Shown: piece by piece, positions 31,633 to 43,405 of the stretch | Layout of the letters: every line of letters begins with the position of its first letter | How positions within the stretch are numbered: the stretch's first letter is position 1 | NCBI GenBank assembly: GCA_963776275.1 | Contig: CAVZMI010000027.1 | Location: forward strand, 1 to 64,000 | Direction of reading: 5' to 3' | Length of the DNA: 64,000 nt | Origin: Ignavibacteriota bacterium | GTDB lineage: Bacteria; Bacteroidota; Ignavibacteria; UBA10030; CAVZMI01 | The notes under the pieces: model-generated | Told to the model about the DNA's origin: nothing | What the model saw: only the letters and a program-made list of their open reading frames with translations | Database searches by the model: none | Program-made: the position numbers and the translations under genes

Positions 31633-34600
31633 TATTTTAGAGAAATACTATTATTTCCACCACTATCGAAATGTCCCGTTATTCCAACGCCGATACATCC
31701 ACCGATTTCATGCTTATCACAGAACTTCCCGTCACATTCCGAATCACATAAACCCCATCCGCAATATGCATTTCCGCATAACTTTATTGAAGCATCGCCA
31801 TTAACAGACCAGCTCCCATCGGAAGAAATCGTACCTCCAAAACCTATGATCACTGTAGCGGATGCCTCGAGTCCGGCACATCCAACTAAAATCGATACGC
31901 CAATACCTGCATAGGCTTGGCCAAATATACTCACCCCCATCGAGTATGACGTGGAATTCTGGTTGAAATTCATACCCATTGTGAGATCACCGCCGACGGT
32001 GACAGACACTTCGCCATGAACGATGAAGAAATCAATATCGATATCGGGAATAATTGGCATCTGTATTTCACCCTCGGCAAAGAATCCATTAACCTGTGTG
32101 CTGGGGAATGCGTTGGGGAAATTTCCTTCATTTTTATAAATCCAGGAATACTGACCGAATAAACTCTTCATGTGATCCGTCATCGGATAATTGCCAAAAA
32201 TCACAGCGGCCTGCCCGCCAAATCCCATAAGGTTCAGGTTTGCCCCGGCTAAGAAATACCAGCCTCCGTTATCAATCAGCACTTCGCCTCCTCCTGATAC
32301 AGATGCGCTTCCGGCAAGATTAATTCCCTCACTGAAATCAACTGATCCGAAGAGACAGTGCTTGTCAAAATTGTATGCGAGCTTGATATTTCCAAACATC
32401 GTAGGAACGTTTTGTACACTTATCTGTTGACCATCGGCAATAATATCGCCGTAAACCGTAAACTTCAATCGGCCGCTCGCGCCCTTAGTCCCGGTAAGAT
32501 CGCCTTCAAACCAGAAATTATTCCAATCGCTTCCCGCAACCGACATATTTCCCTGGATTGCCGTAAGATTCGAAGAACCATCCGCGGCAATATTCAGCGA
32601 TTGGTTTGGATCAACCCAAGCCGATGTTGAATCAACCGTGCGATACAGATGCATCTTAAATGAAAATTTTCCGTTTTCAAAAATATTTCCCGCAGCGGTG
32701 AATCCTTTTTCATCTAGTGATTGGTTATGCGCGGAATCACCGGGAAGCGAGACTGTTACACCTTTTGCATTAAAAGATGCCTGGATCGGACTGAATGAAA
32801 ATACGACATTCGCGTTTTGATCTTTGGAGTAATAAATCGATGTCGTTTGCGCATTCACAAGAGGAACATGCAAATCCATTGTCCCTGGAATTTCCACTCC
32901 CTTGGAGCCCCCCACAACAATCTTTACCGGTGTGAATGTCGCAACATTGTATAATGTAAATGGATTTGTGCTGGTTACAAATCCTGTTTCTCCATCACTC
33001 AACACAAACAATGTTGTAATGTTGATATAGTCACCTTGCTTCATCCCGGGAAGTCCTGTAGAAGAAATACTGGCACAAACCCCACCAGATTGCGGACTCG
33101 GAGACACGTCTAATTTCCAATGGCCGAATCCCTGATCGTAGCATAAATTTACACTACCGGAGATGTTGAGTGTGATAACACCACCGAGAGTGATATTATT
33201 AATGTTGTATCCCCAATTATCAGCATTCAACGATGTTGGATCAATATAAATGTTTGTGAATGGAACATCCACTAAGTTTGTTTTTAATATTCCGCTGTTA
33301 AGCGCCAACCCAGGCCCATAACTCGACAGACTCCAATCGCTGCTCACCAATTGCCATTGTTCAAGATTAATCGAGATTTGACTTGTACCTTTGATGTCCA
33401 GGACGCTATCGGGAGTAACAACAACATCCCCGATGTCAAGATTTAAATCAGAATACGACGGATTGATGTTCTGAATATTAGTGTGAAGATGTGTTTTGAG
33501 ACGCATATACTCTTGTTTCAAGTACGATTGACTCGAATCTGCAACACAATTTGAAAATGAATGCAGCCTATAATGTAATGATCGACCCGATTTATCGCAT
33601 ACTAAAAATCCGTTCGGCACTCCAGCAAGATCGGATTCTGACGCAACGAGAACTGGGATGGACATTCGTTCTTTTATATTCTGTCCGGCAGTGAGTGCAA
33701 TCCAAAGACTGTCATTGACAAAACCGATCGCACCCTTGGTGTTAAATGATGTGGCTGACACGGCCACTTTCCCTTTAAGTATCCCTGATCCGGGATTTTG
33801 GGGGGAATCCTGAATTTGAAGTATACCTCCATTGATATTGATCACAGCGCCGCTATATGTTTTAAGAATACTTTTACTTTCGAGCTCCAGCTCCTGTATA
33901 TCCAAAGGGACAGATCCTCCTTCCACAACCGCGAACGGAACGCCGCTGCTGTTCGTTTTCTTTCCCGCTTTGATTGTAACAGTAGGGAATTTCAACACAG
34001 CGGCTGTATCGAATGCAAATTGTTTATTCGATGGAAGAGACATAAAAAGACCCGAGATAGAAACTATGGTATCACCATAACTATATTTCTCTGTCAAGTG
34101 CATAACTTCTATCGGTATTCCCATGAGTCGTGTAATATCAATCCTGTTGTATACCTTGAGAAAGAAATTGAGTGATGGAAACGGCTGATTCTTTTGCATG
34201 TAGAGAGGATTACCTTGAAAATCAAAAATTTTCATTCCTGACCTACCGAGGTACACGCGAGCCGAATCGCCAATCAACCCTCCCTTGACTGCATAAAACG
34301 TGTGCATTCCAAAGGGGACATTACGTAGAATGAAGGGCCCCATCCTGAGCTGTGATTGTACTCACTTTATCGATATCGATCGACGAAGCTTGGTCCATGA
34401 ATACTTTCGCCCCCGGAATCCTTTGTTCACCGACATTAACGGTACCCGGTATCCGGCCGGCTTCTGCCAGATAAGCATATTGCAAGTTCCAGTCTTTTGA
34501 AACTAAATCTGTAAGCATCAATATCTGCTCTTCGTAATCCCCATCCGCCTGTCGCGAATCCGGATTTGAAAATTATTAGCGTCGCTGCTGTACATACACT

Positions 34601-37600
34601 CGGCGATACCCATTTCATGTGTGACGAATTTAAGAGAATCCGGCAAATTTAGGAATTCAATTTGTGCGCCTATCAACGGATTTGCAGATGCCACCATATC
34701 TTTCTTACTTTTTAGCGTTGGGTCATATTTAAAAACCTGCAATTTAATCCGATGCAATTTCCGGTACACAATCAATGCTCCGACATCCTGTGTATACTGC
34801 GGCTGAATCACTATATGTGTATCGGAAACGAAATATTTATCAAGCTTTTCAGGTTCTACCAAAAAACGGCGAGAACCTCCTGGCGCAAAAAAATTGAAAC
34901 TCTCTTTTTCACAACTTACTTGTCCCGAATTTACATCTATCCTCACCTGACATGTTGTATGATTCCTGGTACCATTATCAACACTAACATATGCTTCTAC
35001 CGGATTGCCGACTTCATCAACTACGTACCCGCTTATTCTTGTCGAAGGATCTAATTTAATTTCATCAATAGTTTGCTTCTGCCCGTTATCGAGACGGAGA
35101 AGATCAATCTTATTTAAATAAAATCCCAGGCCACCAGCCATTAACGTGCGATCGGGACCATTTAGATTAGGAGGAAGATTGTCAAATTTTATTGTTCCGT
35201 TATTGTAGATGTTGATTATGTCATTATATATTAAACCATCGAGAGTCCCATCACTGTTTAATGCCAATAGATTAACTGGTTCACCATACGGTGCGAGCCC
35301 CGGTGCATCACTCCGCCGATAAGTTACCTGAAGGTACGGCGGTGCAGGAGCAAGATTGTACGTTTCGGCAAAAAGATAATTTGAATAATGATAATCTTCG
35401 TTGTAAACAGCCTGTTCATCATTGCAAGTGTATCTACTGATTTTAATAATAACGTCATAATAATTACATAGTGACTTTGGATTCGACTCCAATAAAAGAT
35501 AATACTGATCATTCGAATTCGAATAATTAGTTTTGACGAGGTCGGTAAATATAGCTATTCCATCTGTGAATGTTGTGTCTATGGCGACAATTTGCCAATC
35601 TATACCATTAAAATTCTTCGTTTTCTGAATCCCTGAATATCCACCTTCATCTTGTGGAACGTCGGCAGACCGGGAACCAGGATAACGTAAGAGATATGCT
35701 ATTATATTAGAGATCGGGTTTTTCGTATTGAAATCTTGCACTGTCACTTGATATTTATATGAACGTACAAAGCAAGTGAAAGTACCAAAATCCTGTAAAC
35801 CTTGCTTCCCGGTAATTGTGATATTGCCCCCGTTTGGATTTCCTGAACCTGGACTGGTATAATATGGGTCATCGATGATAATTCGGGCAACACGATAGAG
35901 CGAACCGGTGTATGTTTTCGGAAATTCTCCACCATATCTAATAATTGAAGCCTCTCCTTCATAACCCATACTATCCACTGAAGCAGGTGAAAGCCCAAGA
36001 TAATACAATACTTTTCCTGATGCATCCGGTGAGCAGTATGCGAGAGTAGTATTCGCATCCGGTTTGTTGATAAAACTGGAAACATCAATCACCCCTCCTT
36101 CATTCGGATAAAGAATATATTTGAGAACAAGTCTTGTATTAATCCCATTGAGGGGTTTTGTGGATTGCGATTCGGGAAATTGATATACGAGGTGCCCGGT
36201 GATACATGTGAATGAATACGCCGGGTTGATTACTGCCCATCCCAATGGAATAAGTTTATCATTAGTATTAGGATATTGAACACGATATTCACTGACAAAT
36301 ATCGAATTATCTGTATAACTATAATTCCATGTTGGATTTGGCTGGCCATCGAATTTCACCGTTATTGGATCATAAAACGCAGTCTGCGATTTCGATTGGA
36401 TGATAAGAATATACTCATCATTTGATCCGCGGTTTTGTACTATCCGGGAAAGATCCATAGAACCACTGAGCGATATTGAATCTTGAATCACCAGCGTTCC
36501 TATTCCCTGCAGAGTAGGACGTGGATCAAGTTCAATATTTCCTTCATCTTTTGGAATGTCCGGCGGTATTGTTTTTTGGTAGAGAGACACCACCGTCCCT
36601 GGCACTGCATATCCATCCGGTTGCAGCGGATCCAGAATATCTAAAGCCAAACGCCATTCCCTCGGCGCCGCTATTAATGTACTATAATCTATATTATCCC
36701 CCGGATTAAAGTAAATATTTTTGTCCGGACTTAGATAATACGGACTGTTGATAATTACTCGTGCAACTTTGCACAAATCACCATTCAAGTATTGATACAT
36801 AAACATACCGTTAACTTTCGTGCAGTGTGGTATGCTATCGCTTGTAGAAAAGGCAAAAGTAAAATTTCCGTTAGCATCGGTTTGCGTAGTTGTTATAGGA
36901 GAAATATCACTTATATTTTCGCTTAATATTACAGGTGGTCCTCCATTAGCCGGACGATATTCAATTACGTACACCAGTTTGAGCCAGATGAGGTGAAGCG
37001 GATGCAGAGTGGTGTTATCAAAGGTCCACCAATGATATTTAAGCGTTCCGTGGATACGTGTAATTTTTTGAGCCCCCGCTGCTACTGGTGCTGCTGTATA
37101 TACAGGTGCAGATGATTTCTTAAATGTGAATATCCTGATTTGACTTCTCCCCTCATTCAATGCTGCTGCACGGTCATTTTCATCGATTGCCTGTATTTGC
37201 CACGCGTACGTTTTTCCGACTTCAAGCGGGAGTGCTTCATTCGGATACATGAACATCGCCGCACCGCTCATAATTTTTTCCAGATGCGGCACATTCGCCG
37301 AAAGAGCTCTCTCAGGCATCTGACCCGGCAGTACTTCACAGATCCGGAGAGAATACCGGATGATAGTCGGAGCAGAAGAAATAACCGGTGTCCACTGAAA
37401 CGTTGGAAGCGGAATCGTTAGAGAATCTTTATCCAACGGCGCAACCAACTCTGGTTGAGCAGGTAATGAAATGCTAAATGTGGCGCAGGATTGCGTGAGC
37501 TGATTCCCATTTTGATCGAGGACTGAAATGCATAATGTATAATCATCCTCCGGCAGCCGTCCGGTTTCCCGCACAATCGCAGGTAATTTCCCATGAAATG

Positions 37601-37940
37601 ATGCTTGTTCTAACCTTAACACGTCTGTGTTGTGATAGATACGTGTTTGAGGACCGGAAGGCATTTGAGTTGTATTTCCTTTCACGGTCGCGATCGCTCC
37701 GAATCGCTTTCCGGTAACAACCCCCTGGAATGAGATCGTAACCGGCAATTTTCCTAAATAATTCACCGTAAGCATTAAAATTCGAGGATCATCTTGCCAC
37801 GCGGAAATATACGGCGAAGGGTTCGGTGTGATGTACAGCGAAGAATTCCATACCGGACTTTGAGCACGGCTGTAGCACACAACCATTAGGAAAATGATGA
37901 AATAATACCAACGGAAATAAGAATGCATAAATGTTTTCAT
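31632..37940 (-). CDS. Giant secreted beta-rich protein (~2100 aa if joined), TANFOR-like N-terminus; two frameshifts (~34545, ~34337)
   Basis: Signal peptide; PSPYISAW, GRLPEDDYTLCISVLD, PTFQWTP, YAWQIQA. ORFs 34518..37940, 34321..34521 and 31632..34343 join through a continuous IPGAKVF...TAQDG|PFILRNVPFG motif. Confidence 0.7.
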
Positions 37941-38227
37941 GGCGGCTTATGCTATCTCCGTATAATTAGGGGGTGATTTCTAACAATGAATTTTCTTGTT
38001 ATGCGGGCGCTGATTGAATGTTGAATTCTCTTTTGGCGTACCCTGCGCTATTCAAACCAGCAACTTTTCTTTACAGACGTGTCAATGAACCCGGGTATCT
38101 TTCATTAGATGTTAAGCACAGAAAATGTTTTTTTCTGCATGGGTATCGAGTAGGGTATAATCCCGCTGGATTTTACGGACATTCCTTACTAAAAGCAAGT
38201 AAACACGAAAAAACCAATATTTGCCGC

Positions 38228-39766
38228 TTATTCCCACAAATTCCTATCCAGCGTCCTATACTGAATCGCCTCACTGATATGCTCCGGCCTTATCGAATCC
38301 GAGCTTGCTAGATCTGCAATAGTCCTCGATACTTTCAATATCCTGTCATACGCCCTCGCCGAGAGTCCAAGCTTTGTGATCGCCATCTTCATCAGCTCCT
38401 CACCCGCCGAGTCGATCGGACAGAATTCACGTATGTCTTTCGAAACCATTACCGCGTTCGAAAACATACCGGCACGGTTTGCAAAGCGCTTTAACTGCCG
38501 GTCTCTTGCCACTACTACCCGCTTTCTAATTGAAGCCGAGTTCTCGCCCGATTGCTTCATCGATAATTCTTTATACTTCACCGCAGGAACTTCGATATGA
38601 ATATCGATCCGATCGAGCAACGGCCCCGAGATTTTCGCCATGTATTTTTGAATCTTGAACGAACCGCATGTACACTCTTTTGTCGGGTCGGTTGAAAAAC
38701 CGCAGGGACAGGGATTCATTGCACAGACGAGCATGAAACTTGCCGGGAAATCTACCGACATCTTCGAGCGGCTGATGCATACATGTCCGTCCTCGATCGG
38801 CTGGCGCAACACTTCGAGCACATTCCTGGCAAACTCCGGTAACTCATCAAGAAACAGCACACCGTGATGAGCGAGCGATATCTCTCCCGGCCTTGGGATC
38901 GATCCGCCGCCGACAAGTGCACTGTCGGATATCGTATGGTGCGGTGAGCGGAACGGCCGCTCGGTTACCAGCGCCGTATCCGGCGGCAGTAATCCGGCCA
39001 CAGAATGAATCTTCGTCGTTTCCACAGCTTCTTCGAACGTCAGTGGCGGTAAGATCGACGGCAGCCGTTTTGCGAGCATCGTTTTGCCCGAGCCGGGAGG
39101 TCCGATCATAATCACATTATGTCCGCCGGCCGCGGCCACCTCGAGTGCCCGCTTCACGTTTTCCTGTCCGCGCACATCGCTGAAATCCTGAGCGTATTTC
39201 TGATCGACCGAAAATATTTCGTCGATCGAGACCTGAAACGGTTTAAGCATCCGATGCTCGCCGTTTAAAAAATCGACCACTTCGAGGAGCGACGACATCG
39301 GATAGACTTCAAGTCCCTGAATCATCGCGGCTTCTTTTGCATTCTCACGCGGTACGATAATCTTCGGTTTTCCGCGGCGGCGGGTTTCCAGTGCAATCGG
39401 AAGCGCACCATGCACCGGCCGGAGCGTTCCATCAAGTGCAAGCTCGCCGAGCATTACAACGTCGGAAAGGATCTCAGCCTCGAGCTGCTGTGTTGCGGCA
39501 AGGACTCCGATAGCAATAGGTAGATCGAACGCCGATCCTTCTTTTTTCAAATCGGCGGGCGCCATATTAACGGTAATTCGGTGATGGGGAAACTGGTAGC
39601 CGGAGTTTTTAATTGCGGCGGTCACCCGCTCGCGGCTCTCTTTGACGGCATTGTCGGGGAGTCCGACGAGAAAGAAATTACGCAGGGCCTTTTCGATGTG
39701 AGTTTCGACTTCGATAAGGAATGCATTGATACCGAACGTGGCACCGCTGAGAGTTTGTGAAAGCAT
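38228..39766 (-). CDS. comM: YifB/ComM family Mg-chelatase-like AAA+ ATPase
   Basis: VGLPDNAVKESRERV, FDLPIA, GPPGSGKTM, RSPHHT, LFLDELPEF, AMNPCPCG, GPLLDRID. Confidence 0.93.
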   Translation of the reverse strand: MLSQTLSGATFGINAFLIEVETHIEKALRNFFLVGLPDNAVKESRERVTAAIKNSGYQFPHHRITVNMAPADLKKEGSAFDLPIAIGVLAATQQLEAEILSDVVMLGELALDGTLRPVHGALPIALETRRRGKPKIIVPRENAKEAAMIQGLEVYPMSSLLEVVDFLNGEHRMLKPFQVSIDEIFSVDQKYAQDFSDVRGQENVKRALEVAAAGGHNVIMIGPPGSGKTMLAKRLPSILPPLTFEEAVETTKIHSVAGLLPPDTALVTERPFRSPHHTISDSALVGGGSIPRPGEISLAHHGVLFLDELPEFARNVLEVLRQPIEDGHVCISRSKMSVDFPASFMLVCAMNPCPCGFSTDPTKECTCGSFKIQKYMAKISGPLLDRIDIHIEVPAVKYKELSMKQSGENSASIRKRVVVARDRQLKRFANRAGMFSNAVMVSKDIREFCPIDSAGEELMKMAITKLGLSARAYDRILKVSRTIADLASSDSIRPEHISEAIQYRTLDRNLWE

Positions 39767-39801
39767 GGGAGGATTCTCCTTTTAAGGACGATTGATTTAT
39801 A

Positions 39802-40125
39802 TTATCTTACCCTTTCAGGGTTTCGACGTTTATGTTTATTCAGATTCAAGGGCTGCGTCCCTTATTAGTTTATCTCACCCCGTCGGGGTGACGAGATTGC
39901 AGATATCTTTTTCTCTCACATCTCTACTATTCAAGGGGCTGCCCCCCTTGTTGATCTATCTCTCACCCCTTCGGGATTATCATTTAACTTTGTATCATAT
40001 CCCATAAGGTATACATAACATATATATTGCAGTACCCTGAAAGGGTCCGATAATTCAACTTGGGATGAAATCCCAATTAATGCACACGACATACATACCC
40101 CAGCACCCTGTAAGGGTGCGATAAC
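39802..40125. repeat. REP array downstream of the Y1 transposase
   Basis: Repeated TATCTCACCCC(T/G)TCGGGG, ACCCTTTCAGGGT/ACCCTGAAAGGGT and CAAGGGGC..CCCCTTG hairpins in both orientations. Confidence 0.8.
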
Positions 40126-40144
40126 TCCCTTGGTGTCGCTCTAG

Positions 40145-40600
40145 CTAGTCCCAGACATATCGCTCGTCGTAGGGTATCACATTCTCTTTTAGGAACTCAA
40201 TATATTCCTCTTTGAATGTCTTTCTTCTATGATGTTCTTCTTGATTCCGAATATAACGTTTCACTGTCTCAATCGATGATTCATTCACGGAGAATACACC
40301 ATATCCTGCCTGCCAGGAGAAATTCCGGAGGTATGGACTTTTAGTCTTTAACCATTTTGACGATTCGATTTTTAATCCTTTCAAGAGATCCGAGATCGAT
40401 ATTATCCTGTTGAGAAAGCAAAGGATGTGAACATGCTCATTCCATCCACCTACAATTATTGCGGGACATTTCATTGCTTTGCACGTACCGCCAAGATATG
40501 CGTGCAATTCATCCCGGATCGAAGGATCTGTAAATTCATGAGTGCGGTTCTTCGTTGAGAACACTATATGTATTGCTACCTTACTGAGAGATTGTGGCAT
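40145..40600 (-). mobile_element. tnpA: IS200/IS605-family Y1 (HUH) transposase, REP-associated (RAYT-like)
   Basis: MPQSL...HIVFSTKNR, EHVHIL (HUH), WQAGYGVFSV, YIRNQEEHH (catalytic Tyr). No tnpB. Confidence 0.92.
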
Positions 40601-40606
40601 AAGTAC

Positions 40607-40700
40607 TATCTCACCCTTTCAGGGTTCTTATTTTTTAGGTTTCTGCCCAAGGGGCTTCGCCCCTTGTTGGTATATCTCACCCCTTCGGGGTGTCGAGATT
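40607..40700. repeat. REP cluster upstream of the Y1 transposase
   Basis: TATCTCACCCTTTCAGGGTT...CAAGGGGCTTCGCCCCTTG...TATCTCACCCCTTCGGGGTG, the same units as at 39802-39980. Confidence 0.8.
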
Positions 40701-40764
40701 ACAAATTCTTCACCTCTCATATCCGCTGTCTGACCATGAAGGCATTGATACCGAAATAAATCCT

Positions 40765-40897
40765 AATGTCGAAATCCGAAATCCTAAACAATGTCAAAAT
40801 ACAAAATTCTAATACCCAAACTCTTCCGTGTCGTTTTGAATTTTGATATTCTTTCATTTGATATTATTTAGAATTTAGGTATTCGGATTTCGAAATT
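40765..40897. repeat. Long imperfect inverted repeat built from ~7-nt units, no ORF inside
   Basis: AATGTCGAAATCCGAAATCCTAAA ... TTTAGGTATTCGGATTTCGAAATT. Confidence 0.7.
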
Positions 40898-41053
40898 CAT
40901 TAAAACTCAGGAGCGATAATTCCGTATTCTGGAGCAATATTTTATCAAATACTAATATCGAATCTCTCCCGCCTGCCCTAAAAGGCAATTTGTGGCGGGC
41001 AGGAAATTCTAAACAAATTCCAAATCCAAAAAACCGAATATGTAAACTGTGCT

Positions 41054-41510
41054 TCAAACCGATTTTGTTACGATTGAGCCAAAGATTTCCCGCCTGCCTT
41101 CAGCAAGGCTTGTGCGAGGCGGGCAGGTCATAAGCTCAGTTGCTTCCTGAATCAATTCACCTTTTTTATTCAGGACAGATTCAGGACAATTCACAAGGTT
41201 GAGCCAGTAACGACTTTCCTTCGATTCTTTACGACTCGCCTCGCTTCGCTCAGCGAAGCGGGCAAATCTTAATTCTCATAAGGAAATCTTTTTTACTCAG
41301 GGCCTCGTTTGCTTCAATATAGTTTGCCCCGACCGAACCCGATGCTCTAATCAATTGCTTACCATATTCGAGATTGCATATTGTCCTTGGTAATCCTCCA
41401 ACAAATTCACCAACTCTTCTAGCAAACGTTTCAGTCCGCTCCTCTAAATCGTAACGTTTTGAATTTTTGAGCCGAAGGCTCATCAACCTTTGGCTGAGAG
41501 TTTCTTGCAT
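41054..41510 (-). pseudogene. Four-helix-bundle protein (TIGR02436/IVS-protein family) interrupted by REP-like insertions
   Basis: YDLEERT..F, QLIRASGSVGANYIEANEALSKKDF. Removing 41234-41261 and 41089-41127 restores KIC|RKESKESRYWL...ATELM|KIFGSIVTKSV*. Confidence 0.85.
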
Positions 41511-41846
41511 TTGATATTGTTTCGTATTTAGAAATTAGTGCTTCGAATTTCATATCTAGATGAGCCATAGATCAACGGCGGGCGCATTAATCACCGTCTT
41601 TCTCTTGTTAACCTAACCCCTCGTGATTTCAAAGCCTAAGCTATTATCATTCTTGTCCTACGCTGATCGATAAAACTGGGACAAGCCCGTTGAGCAAACA
41701 AACCCCTCTTGAGATCGGAAGAGCGAATCGAGGTTATCAATCGGGAACTAGGTACTATATATTTGTCCGGTTAAAATGACACTTAGGTTACAAAAAAACA
41801 ATGGATCGGATTCAATTCTTTGGGGAGTGACAACGGATAGATGCTC

Positions 41847-42350
41847 TTACCGGTTCTTTCTGAGAAATTCCAGATGGTCGCGCAGCTCGTCAGCGGGTTT
41901 TAGAAGTTTATCTTTTCCGAAAATCGCTTCGGCTGGATTATAGAAGGCAAGTTCGTAATCTTTACTCATAACGATTGCTTCTTCCGGGCAGGCCTCCTCA
42001 CAGAAGCCGCAGAAAATGCATCGCAGCATATTGATTTCAAAAAGAACCGGATATCGCTCTTTCTCAAGCTCTGTTTCGGACGCCTGAACCTCGATGGCAA
42101 GTGCGGGACACACTCTTGCGCATAATCCGCATGCAACACATCGCTCGACTCCCTGTTCCTCCACAAGAACCGGCCGTCCCCGATACGACGAAGGCGGAAT
42201 CCAGACCTCTTCCGGATATTCCCGTGTGAACTTCGGTTTGAACATCTGCCGGAGCGTTACAAGAAGTCCTTTGAGAATTTCAGGAACATACATCCGCTGC
42301 AAGAATGTAAGATTTTTTTTCCGTACAATTTTTACGTCATCAGCCATCAC
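41847..42350 (-). CDS. nuoI: NADH-quinone oxidoreductase subunit I
   Basis: [16 protein letters not shown] and [12 protein letters not shown] (two 4Fe-4S motifs). Confidence 0.95.
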   Translation of the reverse strand: MMADDVKIVRKKNLTFLQRMYVPEILKGLLVTLRQMFKPKFTREYPEEVWIPPSSYRGRPVLVEEQGVERCVACGLCARVCPALAIEVQASETELEKERYPVLFEINMLRCIFCGFCEEACPEEAIVMSKDYELAFYNPAEAIFGKDKLLKPADELRDHLEFLRKNR

Positions 42351-42359
42351 AGTTTCCGT

Positions 42360-43376
42360 TCAAATCAATAAAAGTACAATACCCGTCACTATGATATTCA
42401 CTATAGAAAGTGGAAGCATCATCTTCCACCCCATATTCATTAACTGATCATACCGGAAGCGCGGGAGGGTCCACCGCACCCAGATATAAAAGAATATCAT
42501 AAAAACAATCTTAGCCCCCAATGTAAAGAACTGAATGATCGTTGTCACGAATGGGGAAAATCCGAACGTCTGCAAATACGGGAATTGCCACCCTCCGAGA
42601 TACAGAGTGGACACTAGCGACGCAGACACGACCATATTCATATACTCACTGAGGTAGAATGAGCCGAATCGCATTCCGCTGTATTCTGTCAGATATCCGC
42701 CGACAAGTTCAGGTTCGGCTTCCGGAAGATCAAAAGGCAGCCGGTTCGTCTCGGCGAATGAGGCAACCAGAAATGTAATAAAGCCTATCGGCTGCAGCAC
42801 AATATTCCAGTGCCAGCCCGATTGAGCCTTCACGATCCCGTCGAGCTGCAGTGTCCCGGCCACCATGACAACGCCGATGACCGATAGTCCCATCGACAAT
42901 TCATAACTGATCATCTGTGCAGACGACCGCAGTCCGCCCAGCAGTGAATATTTGCTCCCCGACGACCAACCGCTCAATGTAATGCCATAGACACCCATCA
43001 ACGTCAGAGCAAGAATATAAAGTACGCCGATATTAACATCGGCAATCTGCAACTTAACATCGTAGCCAAAGATTGTAATACGATCGCCAAAAGGAATAAC
43101 CGCAAATGTTGTGAGCGCAACCGTGAGCGAGATGACCGGGGCAAGATTATGGATGAACCTGTTTGACGCTTTCGGAACAATATCTTCCTTGATGAACAAC
43201 TTCATCACATCGGCAATCGGCTGAAGCAGCCCTTGCCATCCTACCCGGTTTGGGCCGAGTCTGTTCTGGATTGCCGCACTAATGCGCCGTTCTGCAAGGG
43301 TCGTATAGGCAACCGTCAGCAGCAAAACTATCAGGATGAAGACGATCTTAATGAAGGTAATGATGATGAATTCCAT
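42360..43376 (-). CDS. nuoH: NADH-quinone oxidoreductase subunit H
   Basis: RLGPNRVG..GLLQPIAD..KL..KE, AETNRLPFDLPEAE, PRFRYDQLM. Confidence 0.96.
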   Translation of the reverse strand: MEFIIITFIKIVFILIVLLLTVAYTTLAERRISAAIQNRLGPNRVGWQGLLQPIADVMKLFIKEDIVPKASNRFIHNLAPVISLTVALTTFAVIPFGDRITIFGYDVKLQIADVNIGVLYILALTLMGVYGITLSGWSSGSKYSLLGGLRSSAQMISYELSMGLSVIGVVMVAGTLQLDGIVKAQSGWHWNIVLQPIGFITFLVASFAETNRLPFDLPEAEPELVGGYLTEYSGMRFGSFYLSEYMNMVVSASLVSTLYLGGWQFPYLQTFGFSPFVTTIIQFFTLGAKIVFMIFFYIWVRWTLPRFRYDQLMNMGWKMMLPLSIVNIIVTGIVLLLI

Positions 43377-43405
43377 CGGCTTTTCTAAATTATAGGGCTC
43401 TCTCT

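Noticed and set aside
39802-40700. Possible CRISPR array
   Set aside because: Units vary in sequence, spacing and orientation, no cas genes are present, and they flank a Y1 transposase, so REPs fit better.
41250-41252. Selenocysteine or readthrough at the TGA in the four-helix-bundle gene
   Set aside because: The TGA lies within a 28-nt insertion that also shifts the frame.
41054-41510. Diversity-generating retroelement (Avd-like gene)
   Set aside because: No reverse transcriptase and no TR/VR pair. The comM tail differences are mostly synonymous and not adenine-specific.
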